Part shown: one piece after another, positions 18,847-28,008 of the stretch
How the letters are laid out: every line of letters starts with the position of its first letter
How positions within the stretch are numbered: position 1 is the first letter of the stretch
Source: a virus
Virus record (IMG/VR): IMGVR_UViG_3300029721_000003
Direction: 5' to 3' (one strand)
DNA: 59,290 nt
The notes under the pieces: generated by a model
Seen by the model: only the letters and a program-made list of their open reading frames with translations
Told to the model about the DNA's origin: nothing
The model's database searches: none
Translations under genes and position numbers: made by a program

Positions 18847-20127
18847 TTAGACTAATTCACAATCGGCTATATTGACTGCAGCAAACAGTTCTCCGTCATG
18901 CACAAGTACAACTCTGTCGCCACTTCTTTCTGATACTGTATACTCATCAAACCAAGCTTTGATAGGTGTACCGTCATAATCAGTATCGCCAACAAATCTC
19001 ACTGTGCTACCCTTTTCAATATCTTCACTGAATGGGATATCTGTAGGCGCATCATCAGAACTTGCACCGCCGACAAATTCAAGGTTAGCAATATTGACAG
19101 CAGCTGTGATTGTTGTACCGATACCTATAACAATTCTGTCCCCGCTCTCTTCAATCACATCATATTCATCATAATATGTCGCGAATCTCACGCCGTCATA
19201 ATCAATGTTATCAAGCACTCTGACTTTCTTGCCGTCACCACGACTTATTGTATCTGTGTTGATATCATTGTCACTGTCATAAATGCACTTGACAAGGTTG
19301 ATGTTATTCTCGTCAATAGCAGCAGTAGTTACGCCGTCAACACCGATAACAACTCTTCTGCCACTGGCTGATAAGACACTGTACTCATCATAGTAAGTGC
19401 TGAATGGCTCGCCATTATCGTACTGAATAGCGTTAATAACCTTAACTGTATCGCCCTTATGGTATTTAGTGTCTGGTACTGGCTCATAGTCTGGCACTGT
19501 GATTTCTTCAACGACATGGTCTGTGCAATAATCAGTGTAACAATAGTTCTGGTCTACTGTCTGTCCGTTAATCTGTGTGTCTCTAAGATAATTAACACTT
19601 CCACCAAACTGCCACATATCATAATCAGCAGCAATTCTAGGTTCTGCATCTGAATACTTTGCTACCCAAACGGCATAACCAGCTTCTTTTACTCTTGAAA
19701 TGTCTACATAATTGTTAATGCAGTTCTCGTATGAGTATAAGCCGACATTCTTATATCCTGCATTTCTCATTTCATCAAGAAACGCCATAATAATGTCTGT
19801 AAGGTCGTCGCCAGTAACCATGCCTGCTTCAACATCATAAAACACTGGATAACAAAATGATTTGCCTGCTAAAAGCTGTGCAAAATATCGGGCTTCATTT
19901 ACAGCTTCATCATTGCTTAATGCGTTACCGAAGAAATAGGCTCCTTTGTGGATTCCTGCACTTTCCAACTTGTTATAGCTGTTCTCAAATTCTCTATCTT
20001 CGTATAAGCCATCATCGGCACCGCCTGCCTTGATAATGGCAAAATCTACACCCTCATTATCCTTTGCGCCTTTGAAATCAAAGTCTCCCTGCCATCTTGA
20101 TGTGTCAATTCCGAATAACTTACTCAT
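18847..20127 (-). CDS. Endolysin: GH25 muramidase plus three tandem SH3-like wall-binding repeats
   Basis: FGIDTSRWQGDFDFKGAKDNEGVDFAIIKAGG... N-terminus; three ~65-aa repeats (KGDTVKV..., GKKVRVL..., KGSTVRF...) each ending ...AAVNIA.LE.V. Confidence 0.85.
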   Translation of the reverse strand: MSKLFGIDTSRWQGDFDFKGAKDNEGVDFAIIKAGGADDGLYEDREFENSYNKLESAGIHKGAYFFGNALSNDEAVNEARYFAQLLAGKSFCYPVFYDVEAGMVTGDDLTDIIMAFLDEMRNAGYKNVGLYSYENCINNYVDISRVKEAGYAVWVAKYSDAEPRIAADYDMWQFGGSVNYLRDTQINGQTVDQNYCYTDYCTDHVVEEITVPDYEPVPDTKYHKGDTVKVINAIQYDNGEPFSTYYDEYSVLSASGRRVVIGVDGVTTAAIDENNINLVKCIYDSDNDINTDTISRGDGKKVRVLDNIDYDGVRFATYYDEYDVIEESGDRIVIGIGTTITAAVNIANLEFVGGASSDDAPTDIPFSEDIEKGSTVRFVGDTDYDGTPIKAWFDEYTVSERSGDRVVLVHDGELFAAVNIADCELV

Positions 20128-20357
20128 AAATTACCTCCTAAATTTAAAAAATGTGTATCAAAAAAGCACCCCAGTGTTTCCACTAAGGTGCTACCAACCT
20201 TGCGAATCGCTTCTTGTAGTTCGTCATGTTCGATAAGGAAATACCTTACATCTTCTTTTGTAATTTTTGTCAATACCTTATGTCTTATTTTCATTCTACA
20301 ACTAAACAGTGATAATATTAAATACGACGGTGCAATTACTAAGGCAGTATCTGAAAC

Positions 20358-20951
20358 TTAACTAAATATAAGTGAGCCTGTAATATAATCACCCTTTTGG
20401 AATTCGCTTGTAGCCCATGCTCCTTTATTACCATCTTTTGTATAATATCGAGCAAAAGCATAATGCTGGCTTGCAGAGTTATATAACAATGTTGTTCCAT
20501 AGCCTATCAACTTTGCTCGAACTACACCTGTGGCATCATAAGGAATATAATTGCTTTCCAATATTTTATTAAAGTTAGTAATACCCATATTTTCAAGAAC
20601 TGTTTCTATGTCATAATATCCTGTAAAATTATTCTGTGTAGAATCTTGTGTTTCAATTTTGGAGGCATAGTATAAAATCCCTGTTTTGGTAGATTTATTA
20701 TAATAGCAATAATTATAGCCATAACCTTCAAGAGTACCATCTACACTTGCAATATTTTTGCAAAAAGAGTTTTTAACGTCAATATTACTGTTTAGTTGTG
20801 TAACTTCATCACGAAGATTACTAATCATGTCGTTGTTATTCTTAATGCCTGCGTCCATTACATTTAAGTTTGCCGCACTAAGCGGAGTACTTTTGCTTGG
20901 CGATTGTTGCCAATTTACACGGCTGTACGAAAGAAATCCAGTTAAGCTCAT
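20358..20951 (-). CDS. Tail fibre / receptor-binding-associated protein
   Basis: N-terminus ...VNWQQSPSKSTPLSAANLNVMDAGIKNN typical of phage fibre proteins; position after the large tail protein. Confidence 0.5.
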   Translation of the reverse strand: MSLTGFLSYSRVNWQQSPSKSTPLSAANLNVMDAGIKNNNDMISNLRDEVTQLNSNIDVKNSFCKNIASVDGTLEGYGYNYCYYNKSTKTGILYYASKIETQDSTQNNFTGYYDIETVLENMGITNFNKILESNYIPYDATGVVRAKLIGYGTTLLYNSASQHYAFARYYTKDGNKGAWATSEFQKGDYITGSLIFS

Positions 20952-21005
20952 AATTTACCTCCTAAAAAATAAGAGTGTAGGCTTAAACCCACACTCTCTG
21001 ATGAT

Positions 21006-21263
21006 TTACTCTGTTATTGTATCTGTTGTATCTGAACCGACTGTCTGCTGTTCATTCTTTAACAGCTTATTGACTTCAAGCTTGAAATTCTCATAATCAG
21101 TATCACATTGTGTCTGATTTGCAAGGTATAATTCTTTGTTAGTAATTGTCTGACTAATTGTCAATGAACCTGTTTCTGGTACAGCCGCATACATTGTCAT
21201 GGCTGATTGACCGTTAATCACAGATGTTCCACTTAAATTTGTTGTTTTCGTTATACTTAACAT
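21006..21263 (-). CDS. Hypothetical tail-region protein
   Basis: 85-aa ORF. Confidence 0.45.
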   Translation of the reverse strand: MLSITKTTNLSGTSVINGQSAMTMYAAVPETGSLTISQTITNKELYLANQTQCDTDYENFKLEVNKLLKNEQQTVGSDTTDTITE

Positions 21264-21279
21264 ATTCTTGCCTCTCTTT

Positions 21280-24200
21280 CTAATTGCTCCATGTATTTGA
21301 ACTCCAGTCCCATGAAGCTACTACTGTGTCATCTACATATATTCTTAATACACTTCCATCCCAATCAAATGTAACAGGGTTGTTTGTATACATTGCCGGA
21401 TAGCATCGTCTTGCTAATGACGGATGATATATAGATATATTGTTACAATCTGTGTCAAATCTTACCGTAGCTTCTGAATCTACATATAGAACCCCCTTTC
21501 TGATATCTACGCCAAAATCTGTAATAGCATTTATTACCACATTATCATCTCCAATAATGCTAACACCGTGTGCATCAATGTTGTTATGTGTTTTAACATT
21601 TGGATTGTACATTTCTATACTATATGGTGATTCCTTCAAATAAGCATCTCCATAAGATAATTTAATCGCACTATATGTTGATGTATCAGTCTCTATATCA
21701 ATAGAACCTCCTGCTATTTTCGCATTGCTCGATATCAGGTTATCACATCTTATAGTTCCATCTGCTGAAATAGTTGTATTAGTAGATGTAAGCGTGAACA
21801 GATTACCATTGATATTAACAGACTTATTACCACTAATATTAATTGTTCCACTTGCATTAAGTGTTATATCATCTGCAATAGCTTCAATGGCAGATTTAAG
21901 TTCCCCGCTTGTCGGGTCTTTCTTGATGTAAAGGTCAAGGCTTGCTGTTGTAGCATAGCTTTTAAGACTGTCGGTTGTGGCATAACTTTCAAGGCTCTTC
22001 TTTGTAGCGTAATTATTAGACACTTCTAACTTAATACTATTGCTCTCTGCACTAATTGCCTGTGTAATAGCATTATTAACTTGTACAGTGGTGCTATAGT
22101 TGTCTCTTATATCAATCTGTGTCTTACTTAATTCAGAGCTGATTGTATTAAGATTCACCTTTAACGCGGCATTTTGATTAAGAAGATAAGCGATTTCGGT
22201 TGAAGATATTTCTTTCCAACCGTGCGTTCCGTCTATTTTTTTAATCCAACGCCACGCTCTGTTCTGTGCTTCCCAATACGCTATAATGCCTACATAATTA
22301 TCATATTCTGCTTCTGTGTATTCCCATGTGCTATCACTAGGGTATCTATCATCGCTTGGATATATAGGTACACTCCACTCATTAGCTGGATAATTATCCT
22401 TAGTCGGCTCGTATGTCACCTGATATACCTTGAAATCATCGTTGAGTTGCTTGTAAACATCTCCTATTTGCACACCGAAGCTATCAAGCGTACTTGTAAC
22501 TGTATTGAATTTGCTTTCGATAGACTCTCCATTGCGAATATCAGTCCACCACAACTTTTGGTCAATAAAATCTTTAGATTGCTTAATAGCCGAACCCCAT
22601 AATGTAGAATTGCCGCCAACGGTTGTCTGAATACTCTTAAATACGCTATCAAGGGTTTGCTGTTCACTATCAACATATATCTTCGTTGAATTAAGCGTGT
22701 GTGAACCATCATTGTTGATAACATTGAACAGCGATTCTATATTTAACTTGCTTGCGGCAATATCAGCATTATCCTTAACCATATCATCACGGATAACTTG
22801 TCGTTGAATACCTTTGTCTGTTAATCCAATAGCGTCAAACATCAAATTGCCTGATTTATCCCAGATATACATGTTGTAATCTGAATTAGCGTCTTTACCT
22901 ATCTGAACCCTAACCCTATTGCTGTCAGATATTTGAATTGTATTGTCTTTCCACTGTGACTTGCCATCTTCGCTGTGAACAAGTACATTAGTAGTATTAA
23001 TGTCAAGTGCTGTGATTTTGCTTGCGTCAAGACTATCAATCATTGCTGACTTAATCTGCGCTTCTCCCAAAACAGCAATAACAGAATTAGAGAAATCCGT
23101 TGTTATTGTTGTTCCTGTTGCTGAACCGAATATTAATGTCTTGATATCAGCTACACTTGCGTCAAGTATGCCAACTTTCTCATAGTCTACTTTAAGATTT
23201 GCAATATCCGCATTAACAGCCTTAAGGCTTTCCACATTAGCATTAATGATATCTGCATATGTTGCATCTAGTTTATTTGTTTTAAGGTTGTCAATATCAG
23301 CATTAACAGCCTTTAAGGTTTCAATGCTTGCGTATCTGATATCAGCTTCATCAACAGATAGCTTATTGATAAGTGCTTTATTTACAAGTATCAAGTCGGC
23401 GTAGTACCGCTCCATCTGCTTAGTAATAGGACCAGAGGCAACGCTTGTATTCTCTGTGTCAGATTGACCTATAGATGTAACGGTATCCATAAGTCCGCCG
23501 TCACATTCGTGCGTAATCTGCATTATAGGCACTTTGTAATCAGCACCGCCCTTATTGACAGTTATAATGTCTCCGACTTCCAATCGGTAATCACCGACAA
23601 ACTTAACTGTAAGCGGTCTGAACTGAAAGTCGCCTATCTTCTTATAGATTTCATCAAGAATTGTCTGTGTCATAAACGGATTGGCAAAACTAAGCCCTGT
23701 CGCTCCGTCACCAGAAGTAATCTGACTTTGTTCTGTAGAACCGCTTTTGGTATTGTTGCAAGTCAGCTTCTGTATGATAAAATCCTTGCTTGTTGTAAAT
23801 GTAACGCCCTGCTGATAATACTTATGTCCATCAAGTACATAACCGCTATCCTTATACCACCTTAATTCAAGGTTTCCATCAGAATTAATTACCGCGTTAC
23901 AACCTTGTAGCATAGCCATATAACCGATAATTTCTCTGTAGGTATATCCTTGTGGTTTGTCGCTGATAGTATGTGCTGTGACTATATTTGTCGCTAAAGA
24001 TATACCTAACTTGCCGCATATCTCATTAAGAATAGCTTTATCTGTGTTAGGAAATGTCATGTCAGAGAAGTAAGGCATGTCAGCCTTATACATTCTGTCG
24101 TATGCTTCATAGTTTGTATACTCTCCATCACTTGTCTGTTTAGTAACTGTAAATATTCCCAACTTAATATAGTTAATTTCTGTGCCAACCTTAACACCCT

Positions 24201-24435
24201 CGAATATGGCAATCTCCTTATTTTCGAGGCTTATTGCTGGCATATAAATAGAAAAGGTAACACCGCTACTGCAAGTGTTACCTATCGTAATTTCGTTATT
24301 GGGATTTATCATGTTTTGAAACTTGAAATTGTTAAGTGTATCGGTATGTTCTTCTCCATCAACAACATACTTAGAATAGTATCTTGCACTATTTCCCTTA
24401 ACAATTTCCGTCATAGCTGTGTCTAATATCTTCAT
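21280..24435 (-). CDS. Large tail tip / tail-associated (Tal-like) structural protein with fibre-like C-terminus
   Basis: 1051 aa; position in the tail module; central coiled repeats (NADI.NLK...). Confidence 0.7.
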   Translation of the reverse strand: MKILDTAMTEIVKGNSARYYSKYVVDGEEHTDTLNNFKFQNMINPNNEITIGNTCSSGVTFSIYMPAISLENKEIAIFEGVKVGTEINYIKLGIFTVTKQTSDGEYTNYEAYDRMYKADMPYFSDMTFPNTDKAILNEICGKLGISLATNIVTAHTISDKPQGYTYREIIGYMAMLQGCNAVINSDGNLELRWYKDSGYVLDGHKYYQQGVTFTTSKDFIIQKLTCNNTKSGSTEQSQITSGDGATGLSFANPFMTQTILDEIYKKIGDFQFRPLTVKFVGDYRLEVGDIITVNKGGADYKVPIMQITHECDGGLMDTVTSIGQSDTENTSVASGPITKQMERYYADLILVNKALINKLSVDEADIRYASIETLKAVNADIDNLKTNKLDATYADIINANVESLKAVNADIANLKVDYEKVGILDASVADIKTLIFGSATGTTITTDFSNSVIAVLGEAQIKSAMIDSLDASKITALDINTTNVLVHSEDGKSQWKDNTIQISDSNRVRVQIGKDANSDYNMYIWDKSGNLMFDAIGLTDKGIQRQVIRDDMVKDNADIAASKLNIESLFNVINNDGSHTLNSTKIYVDSEQQTLDSVFKSIQTTVGGNSTLWGSAIKQSKDFIDQKLWWTDIRNGESIESKFNTVTSTLDSFGVQIGDVYKQLNDDFKVYQVTYEPTKDNYPANEWSVPIYPSDDRYPSDSTWEYTEAEYDNYVGIIAYWEAQNRAWRWIKKIDGTHGWKEISSTEIAYLLNQNAALKVNLNTISSELSKTQIDIRDNYSTTVQVNNAITQAISAESNSIKLEVSNNYATKKSLESYATTDSLKSYATTASLDLYIKKDPTSGELKSAIEAIADDITLNASGTINISGNKSVNINGNLFTLTSTNTTISADGTIRCDNLISSNAKIAGGSIDIETDTSTYSAIKLSYGDAYLKESPYSIEMYNPNVKTHNNIDAHGVSIIGDDNVVINAITDFGVDIRKGVLYVDSEATVRFDTDCNNISIYHPSLARRCYPAMYTNNPVTFDWDGSVLRIYVDDTVVASWDWSSNTWSN

Positions 24436-24458
24436 TCTACACCGCCTTTATTGATTAA

Positions 24459-24842
24459 TTAATGGCTTATCATAAATTCAATTGAGTATAATTTAGCTGG
24501 TGTAATTTCTTCACATTTATCGAATGCGTCCATAGGAAGCATTGTCGTGTCAGGCACTTCAATCTCTTGCTCATTGATTTCTTGCAATTCTTCCTGTAAC
24601 TTCTTTAAGTTCTCTGATGTAATCTGATACTGATTATCGTTGATAACTGGATTACCACTGTCGTCCTTATCTGCATACTTAACCTTGGTATCTTCTATAG
24701 TCTGTAATGTTGCTTTGTACAGTTCTTCCAATGCCTTAATATTGCACATAACAGCCATAGCAATTCTGCCTGTAGTCTTGTCATGCGATATATTACTTAA
24801 ACTTTGAAATCTGTCTATTAACTCACTTGTTTTAAGTTTCAT
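24459..24842 (-). CDS. Hypothetical tail-module protein
   Basis: 127-aa ORF. Confidence 0.45.
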   Translation of the reverse strand: MKLKTSELIDRFQSLSNISHDKTTGRIAMAVMCNIKALEELYKATLQTIEDTKVKYADKDDSGNPVINDNQYQITSENLKKLQEELQEINEQEIEVPDTTMLPMDAFDKCEEITPAKLYSIEFMISH

Positions 24843-24855
24843 GTGGAACTCTCCT

Positions 24856-25227
24856 TTATTTTTGAATTAAACTTAATTTTGCTCCGACTATTAGTCCGTC
24901 CTCATTCTTCGCCCTTGTGAGATACGGATATGTCACATCTCCTGTGTATATTGTCATTTCTTTTTGCGTACCACCTAAGAATAAGACTTGTGCTGTTGGA
25001 TAAGGGTTATCTATGTCACTTACCACATTATCAAGCAACAGTGCCTGCTCACCTGTTAGCGGCGGTAATTGAAGCTCTACTTTGTCTTTGATATCCACGA
25101 TTGTACCTACCATTTCGCCGTAGTCATTTCTTCCTGTATTTTTAGACCATATCTTATTTCTACTGTATGTGTAGCCGTTATATGCCACTGGGAATCTAAC
25201 CCCCTCAATCACAACTGCGTCAATCAA
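24856..25227 (-). CDS. Small tail-module protein (possible distal tail component)
   Basis: 123-aa ORF directly upstream of the tail tip genes. Confidence 0.4.
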   Translation of the reverse strand: MIDAVVIEGVRFPVAYNGYTYSRNKIWSKNTGRNDYGEMVGTIVDIKDKVELQLPPLTGEQALLLDNVVSDIDNPYPTAQVLFLGGTQKEMTIYTGDVTYPYLTRAKNEDGLIVGAKLSLIQK

Positions 25228-25250
25228 TCAAACCACCCCTTTCAAGGCAT

Positions 25251-25285
25251 TAAAAAAGGAATGCACCATTTCTGATACATTCCTT
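25251..25285 (-). terminator. Rho-independent terminator closing the inserted island
   Basis: Minus strand AAGGAATG-14 nt-CATTCCTT followed by TTTTTT. Confidence 0.65.
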
Positions 25286-25357
25286 AGTGTGGTTACAAAT
25301 TTCTTGCAACCATTATATTTATTTCTGTTTGAGCCATTCTAATATTCTCAAGAAAAT

Positions 25358-26119
25358 CTATGCAACTTCATTGAATAATTGCAGTATAAATTCTCTTCCA
25401 AGCTGTGTTATTCTCCTGTGATAAATAACCTTACCATTGTCGAGGATTTCTTGCTTAATTTCTTCATATCCCATACTGCTGTATGGTGAGTAAAGAACCC
25501 AAGTTCCATTGACACTGTATTGAATTTTTTTATCAGCAAGTAACTTGTTAAGTTGAATGGCAGATTTCAGATTCAGTTCCTTAGCAATCTCTGTCATTGT
25601 ATATGTCTTATTGACATGTGTTAAGATAGCATTCTTTCTTTCTGCTTCAACTCTTGCTTGTCTTTCCTGTTTTAACTTTGTTAATAATTCTATTCCAAAG
25701 TCTGGATTATTCAGTATTTCATCAATAACATTATCAGTAGCATATATTCCATTCTTGCGAATTGACGGAATAATCTCATCAGCCACTAATGCTTGAAATT
25801 TCTCTGCTGTTTCATTTTTGGCTTTCATTGCTAGTCTGTAGAAGATGTTTTCTGGGATAAAATCGTCTTTCCCCAGCTTGTTGGGGAAACCAATATCCTC
25901 TAAATATCTGTTGATTGTTTCCCAACGAATAGATATATATTCCACTCCGTTTTTCTTTTGGGTTTGAGTAAACCCAAGTCCTCTAGCAACATTTTCCAAT
26001 CTTAAGTACGCAACGCCATTCTGCTCATAGCAGTCTACGCCGCAAATATTCTTAGTGTTCATAGGTACTTTAATCTCATTGTGAGAACTATCTTTTGTAG
26101 TTGGATAATTATAACTCAT
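25358..26119 (-). CDS. Antirepressor (Bro-N/ORF6N-like N-terminus, KilA-C-like C-terminus), copy 2
   Basis: ...VAYLRLENVARGLGFTQTQKKNGVEYISIRW... and ...TMTEIAKELNLKSAIQLNKLLADKKIQY. Confidence 0.7.
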   Translation of the reverse strand: MSYNYPTTKDSSHNEIKVPMNTKNICGVDCYEQNGVAYLRLENVARGLGFTQTQKKNGVEYISIRWETINRYLEDIGFPNKLGKDDFIPENIFYRLAMKAKNETAEKFQALVADEIIPSIRKNGIYATDNVIDEILNNPDFGIELLTKLKQERQARVEAERKNAILTHVNKTYTMTEIAKELNLKSAIQLNKLLADKKIQYSVNGTWVLYSPYSSMGYEEIKQEILDNGKVIYHRRITQLGREFILQLFNEVA

Positions 26120-26213
26120 TATTTTACCTCCTACAAAAATTTATCATTTGCTCTAAACAGAATCTATTGCGTAGTGGGAGTATATGCCCACAATGCCTCA
26201 CGCAATATTTTGA

Positions 26214-26459
26214 TTACACAGTAGGAACATAAGTATCGTCAATAACACCTATTGCTAATTTCATGCCTGCAGCAGCGTAAAAACTATTGTTTTCTACCAC
26301 ACAACTGCTAAACATTTCTTCCAATTCAGAATAAACCTTTTCACTCACAATATCTTTAAGTTTGCTCATAAATGGTTCAAAAAATTCTATATACTTATCT
26401 CCCTGCTCTTTTGTACTCATAATCTGATTTGCACATATAATATCTAAAAATTTATCCAT
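26214..26459 (-). CDS. Hypothetical protein (81 aa)
   Basis: ATG at 26459 (MDKFLDII...) with a GGAGGAAAAC RBS. Confidence 0.5.
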   Translation of the reverse strand: MDKFLDIICANQIMSTKEQGDKYIEFFEPFMSKLKDIVSEKVYSELEEMFSSCVVENNSFYAAAGMKLAIGVIDDTYVPTV

Positions 26460-26574
26460 AGTTTTCCTCCAAAAAATCTTGAATTTTCCGAAAGAAACTG
26501 ATATGATAGATTTATCAATTCCTTTCGGATTGGTGTTTTTAAAGTGTTGTGTTCGTTGGTAGCGGTGCAACACT

Positions 26575-26748
26575 TTATTTTTTTTGCCCTTTTACTTTTT
26601 CAATGCCTTTTTTAATCAAATCAAGTATTGTATATCCGCTTTTATCAGAAAAATTCATTATTTCTTCCTTTTCCTCTTTGGTGACACGAATATATATTCT
26701 TTCATTTTTAGGATTGTCGAGTTTAGGTCTACCTTTTTTATTGGACAT
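26575..26748 (-). CDS. Ribbon-helix-helix (CopG/MobC-like) protein, copy 1
   Basis: MSNKKGRPKLDNPKNERIYIRVTKEEKEEI...; paralogue of 55647-55820; promoter TTGACT-17-TATATT upstream. Confidence 0.6.
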   Translation of the reverse strand: MSNKKGRPKLDNPKNERIYIRVTKEEKEEIMNFSDKSGYTILDLIKKGIEKVKGQKK

Positions 26749-26863
26749 ATACTCACCTCTTTTCTGTCCGCACATTTAATATAAACCGTACGCACAAAAA
26801 AGTCAAGCACTTTTTCAATAAAAAATGGAACGCACCAAAAAGATACGCTCCTTAATATTTCTA

Positions 26864-26892
26864 TTGCATTAATTCAATTAGTGTTATATAAT
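26864..26892 (+). promoter_or_regulatory. Near-consensus sigma-70 promoter on the plus strand
   Basis: TTGCAT-17 nt-TATAAT. Confidence 0.55.
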
Positions 26893-26898
26893 ATCTGT

Positions 26899-26962
26899 AC
26901 CGCTTGTTTAAGTGGTATTGTGACTTTTGGCTGTCAGTTGTCGGACTGACAGCCTTTTGTTT
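26899..26962 (+). ncRNA. Candidate ~64-nt small RNA, antisense to the minus-strand operon
   Basis: Begins about 7 nt after the -10. First hairpin CCGCTT-GTTT-AAGTGG, second hairpin GGCTGTCAG-8 nt-CTGACAGCC followed by TTTTGTTT. No ORF. Confidence 0.45.
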
Positions 26963-27308
26963 ACCAAAAAATCAGCCCACATCTGTTACACACAAACCTA
27001 TGTTGTGAATAAGTTCTGCCCTGTTGCTTAATCTTCTCTTTCTTATTAACCAGTGTAAGCGGTCTTAAAGGATTCAGATTAACAGTATATCTTGTCTTAG
27101 TTTTCTGTGGTACAGTTGTTGTAATCTGCGTGTGAGAACAATCCCAACTGCTACATCTTGGACAATATACTTCAACTAAGCCGTTTTCTGTCGCTCTGTA
27201 CACTCCTTTAAAGTAAGGATTTAGTGGGTGTTGAATTTGTGGCTGTTGTTTCTTCTTTATTCCTATTGCTTCTAACATTTCGTTTAGTTCTTTTTTACTG
27301 ACATACAT
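26961..27308 (-). CDS. Zinc-ribbon protein
   Basis: CPRCSSWDCSH ... CNRCG. Confidence 0.5.
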   Translation of the reverse strand: MYVSKKELNEMLEAIGIKKKQQPQIQHPLNPYFKGVYRATENGLVEVYCPRCSSWDCSHTQITTTVPQKTKTRYTVNLNPLRPLTLVNKKEKIKQQGRTYSQHRFVCNRCGLIFW

Positions 27309-27315
27309 ATTCCCT

Positions 27316-27948
27316 CTACTGTAATTCTAATGTTAATTTCATAAGTTTTTTATTGTCTCCCAGTGGCGTTACTTCTAAATCAACATTGCTTTTATCTTCT
27401 AGTATATATATCCTTGCAACTGTAATATTTGTATCTGTCTGTAATTCTCTTGCAATATTATTGTATTCGTCAATATCAAAACTAACTAACGGATAATCAA
27501 GTTCTTTGCCGTTCTGAAAGCATGTAACATTATAATTATATGCAAAAGCTGTGTTATCTTCTGAATTGTTTGCAAAGTCAAAATAAACAACAAGAACTTC
27601 TCTGTCATTGCTATCTGTAATTACATCATGCTTAAGATATTTAAGCGTTGTATTATCATATGTAACTGTATCTGTGTTCTGTTCTGTTGTAGCAACTTGT
27701 TTAGTGACATTTATGCCGTCTGCATTGTTATTATTTCCATTTCTGTCAATTACTACTATTAACATTAATATCGAAAATATAATTGCAAAATAAGAACCTA
27801 AATGCCTTTGTGATCTATTCCCTTTGCTTTTAATCAAATCCACAATAGCTAATATAAGTGCTACTGGAATTGTAAAAGTAAAAAGTGCCATAACCGCTGC
27901 CACTATGCTAAGTTTACTATCTTTCTTTTTCTGTTTCTTATCTACCAT
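27316..27948 (-). CDS. Membrane-anchored protein with extracellular beta-rich domain (moron)
   Basis: Two N-terminal TM segments, then a DUF4352-like-looking domain; own RBS. Confidence 0.5.
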   Translation of the reverse strand: MVDKKQKKKDSKLSIVAAVMALFTFTIPVALILAIVDLIKSKGNRSQRHLGSYFAIIFSILMLIVVIDRNGNNNNADGINVTKQVATTEQNTDTVTYDNTTLKYLKHDVITDSNDREVLVVYFDFANNSEDNTAFAYNYNVTCFQNGKELDYPLVSFDIDEYNNIARELQTDTNITVARIYILEDKSNVDLEVTPLGDNKKLMKLTLELQ

Positions 27949-28008
27949 ATTGTGTTACCCCTTTGCTTTTTATATATATCAAAAGAATAGCACAATACTT
28001 TTATCTTA

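Noticed and set aside
20127-20357. Holin expected immediately upstream of the endolysin
   Set aside because: The only ORF there (56 codons, 20127-20294, minus strand) has no transmembrane segment and a weak RBS, so it was not called as a holin or listed as a feature.
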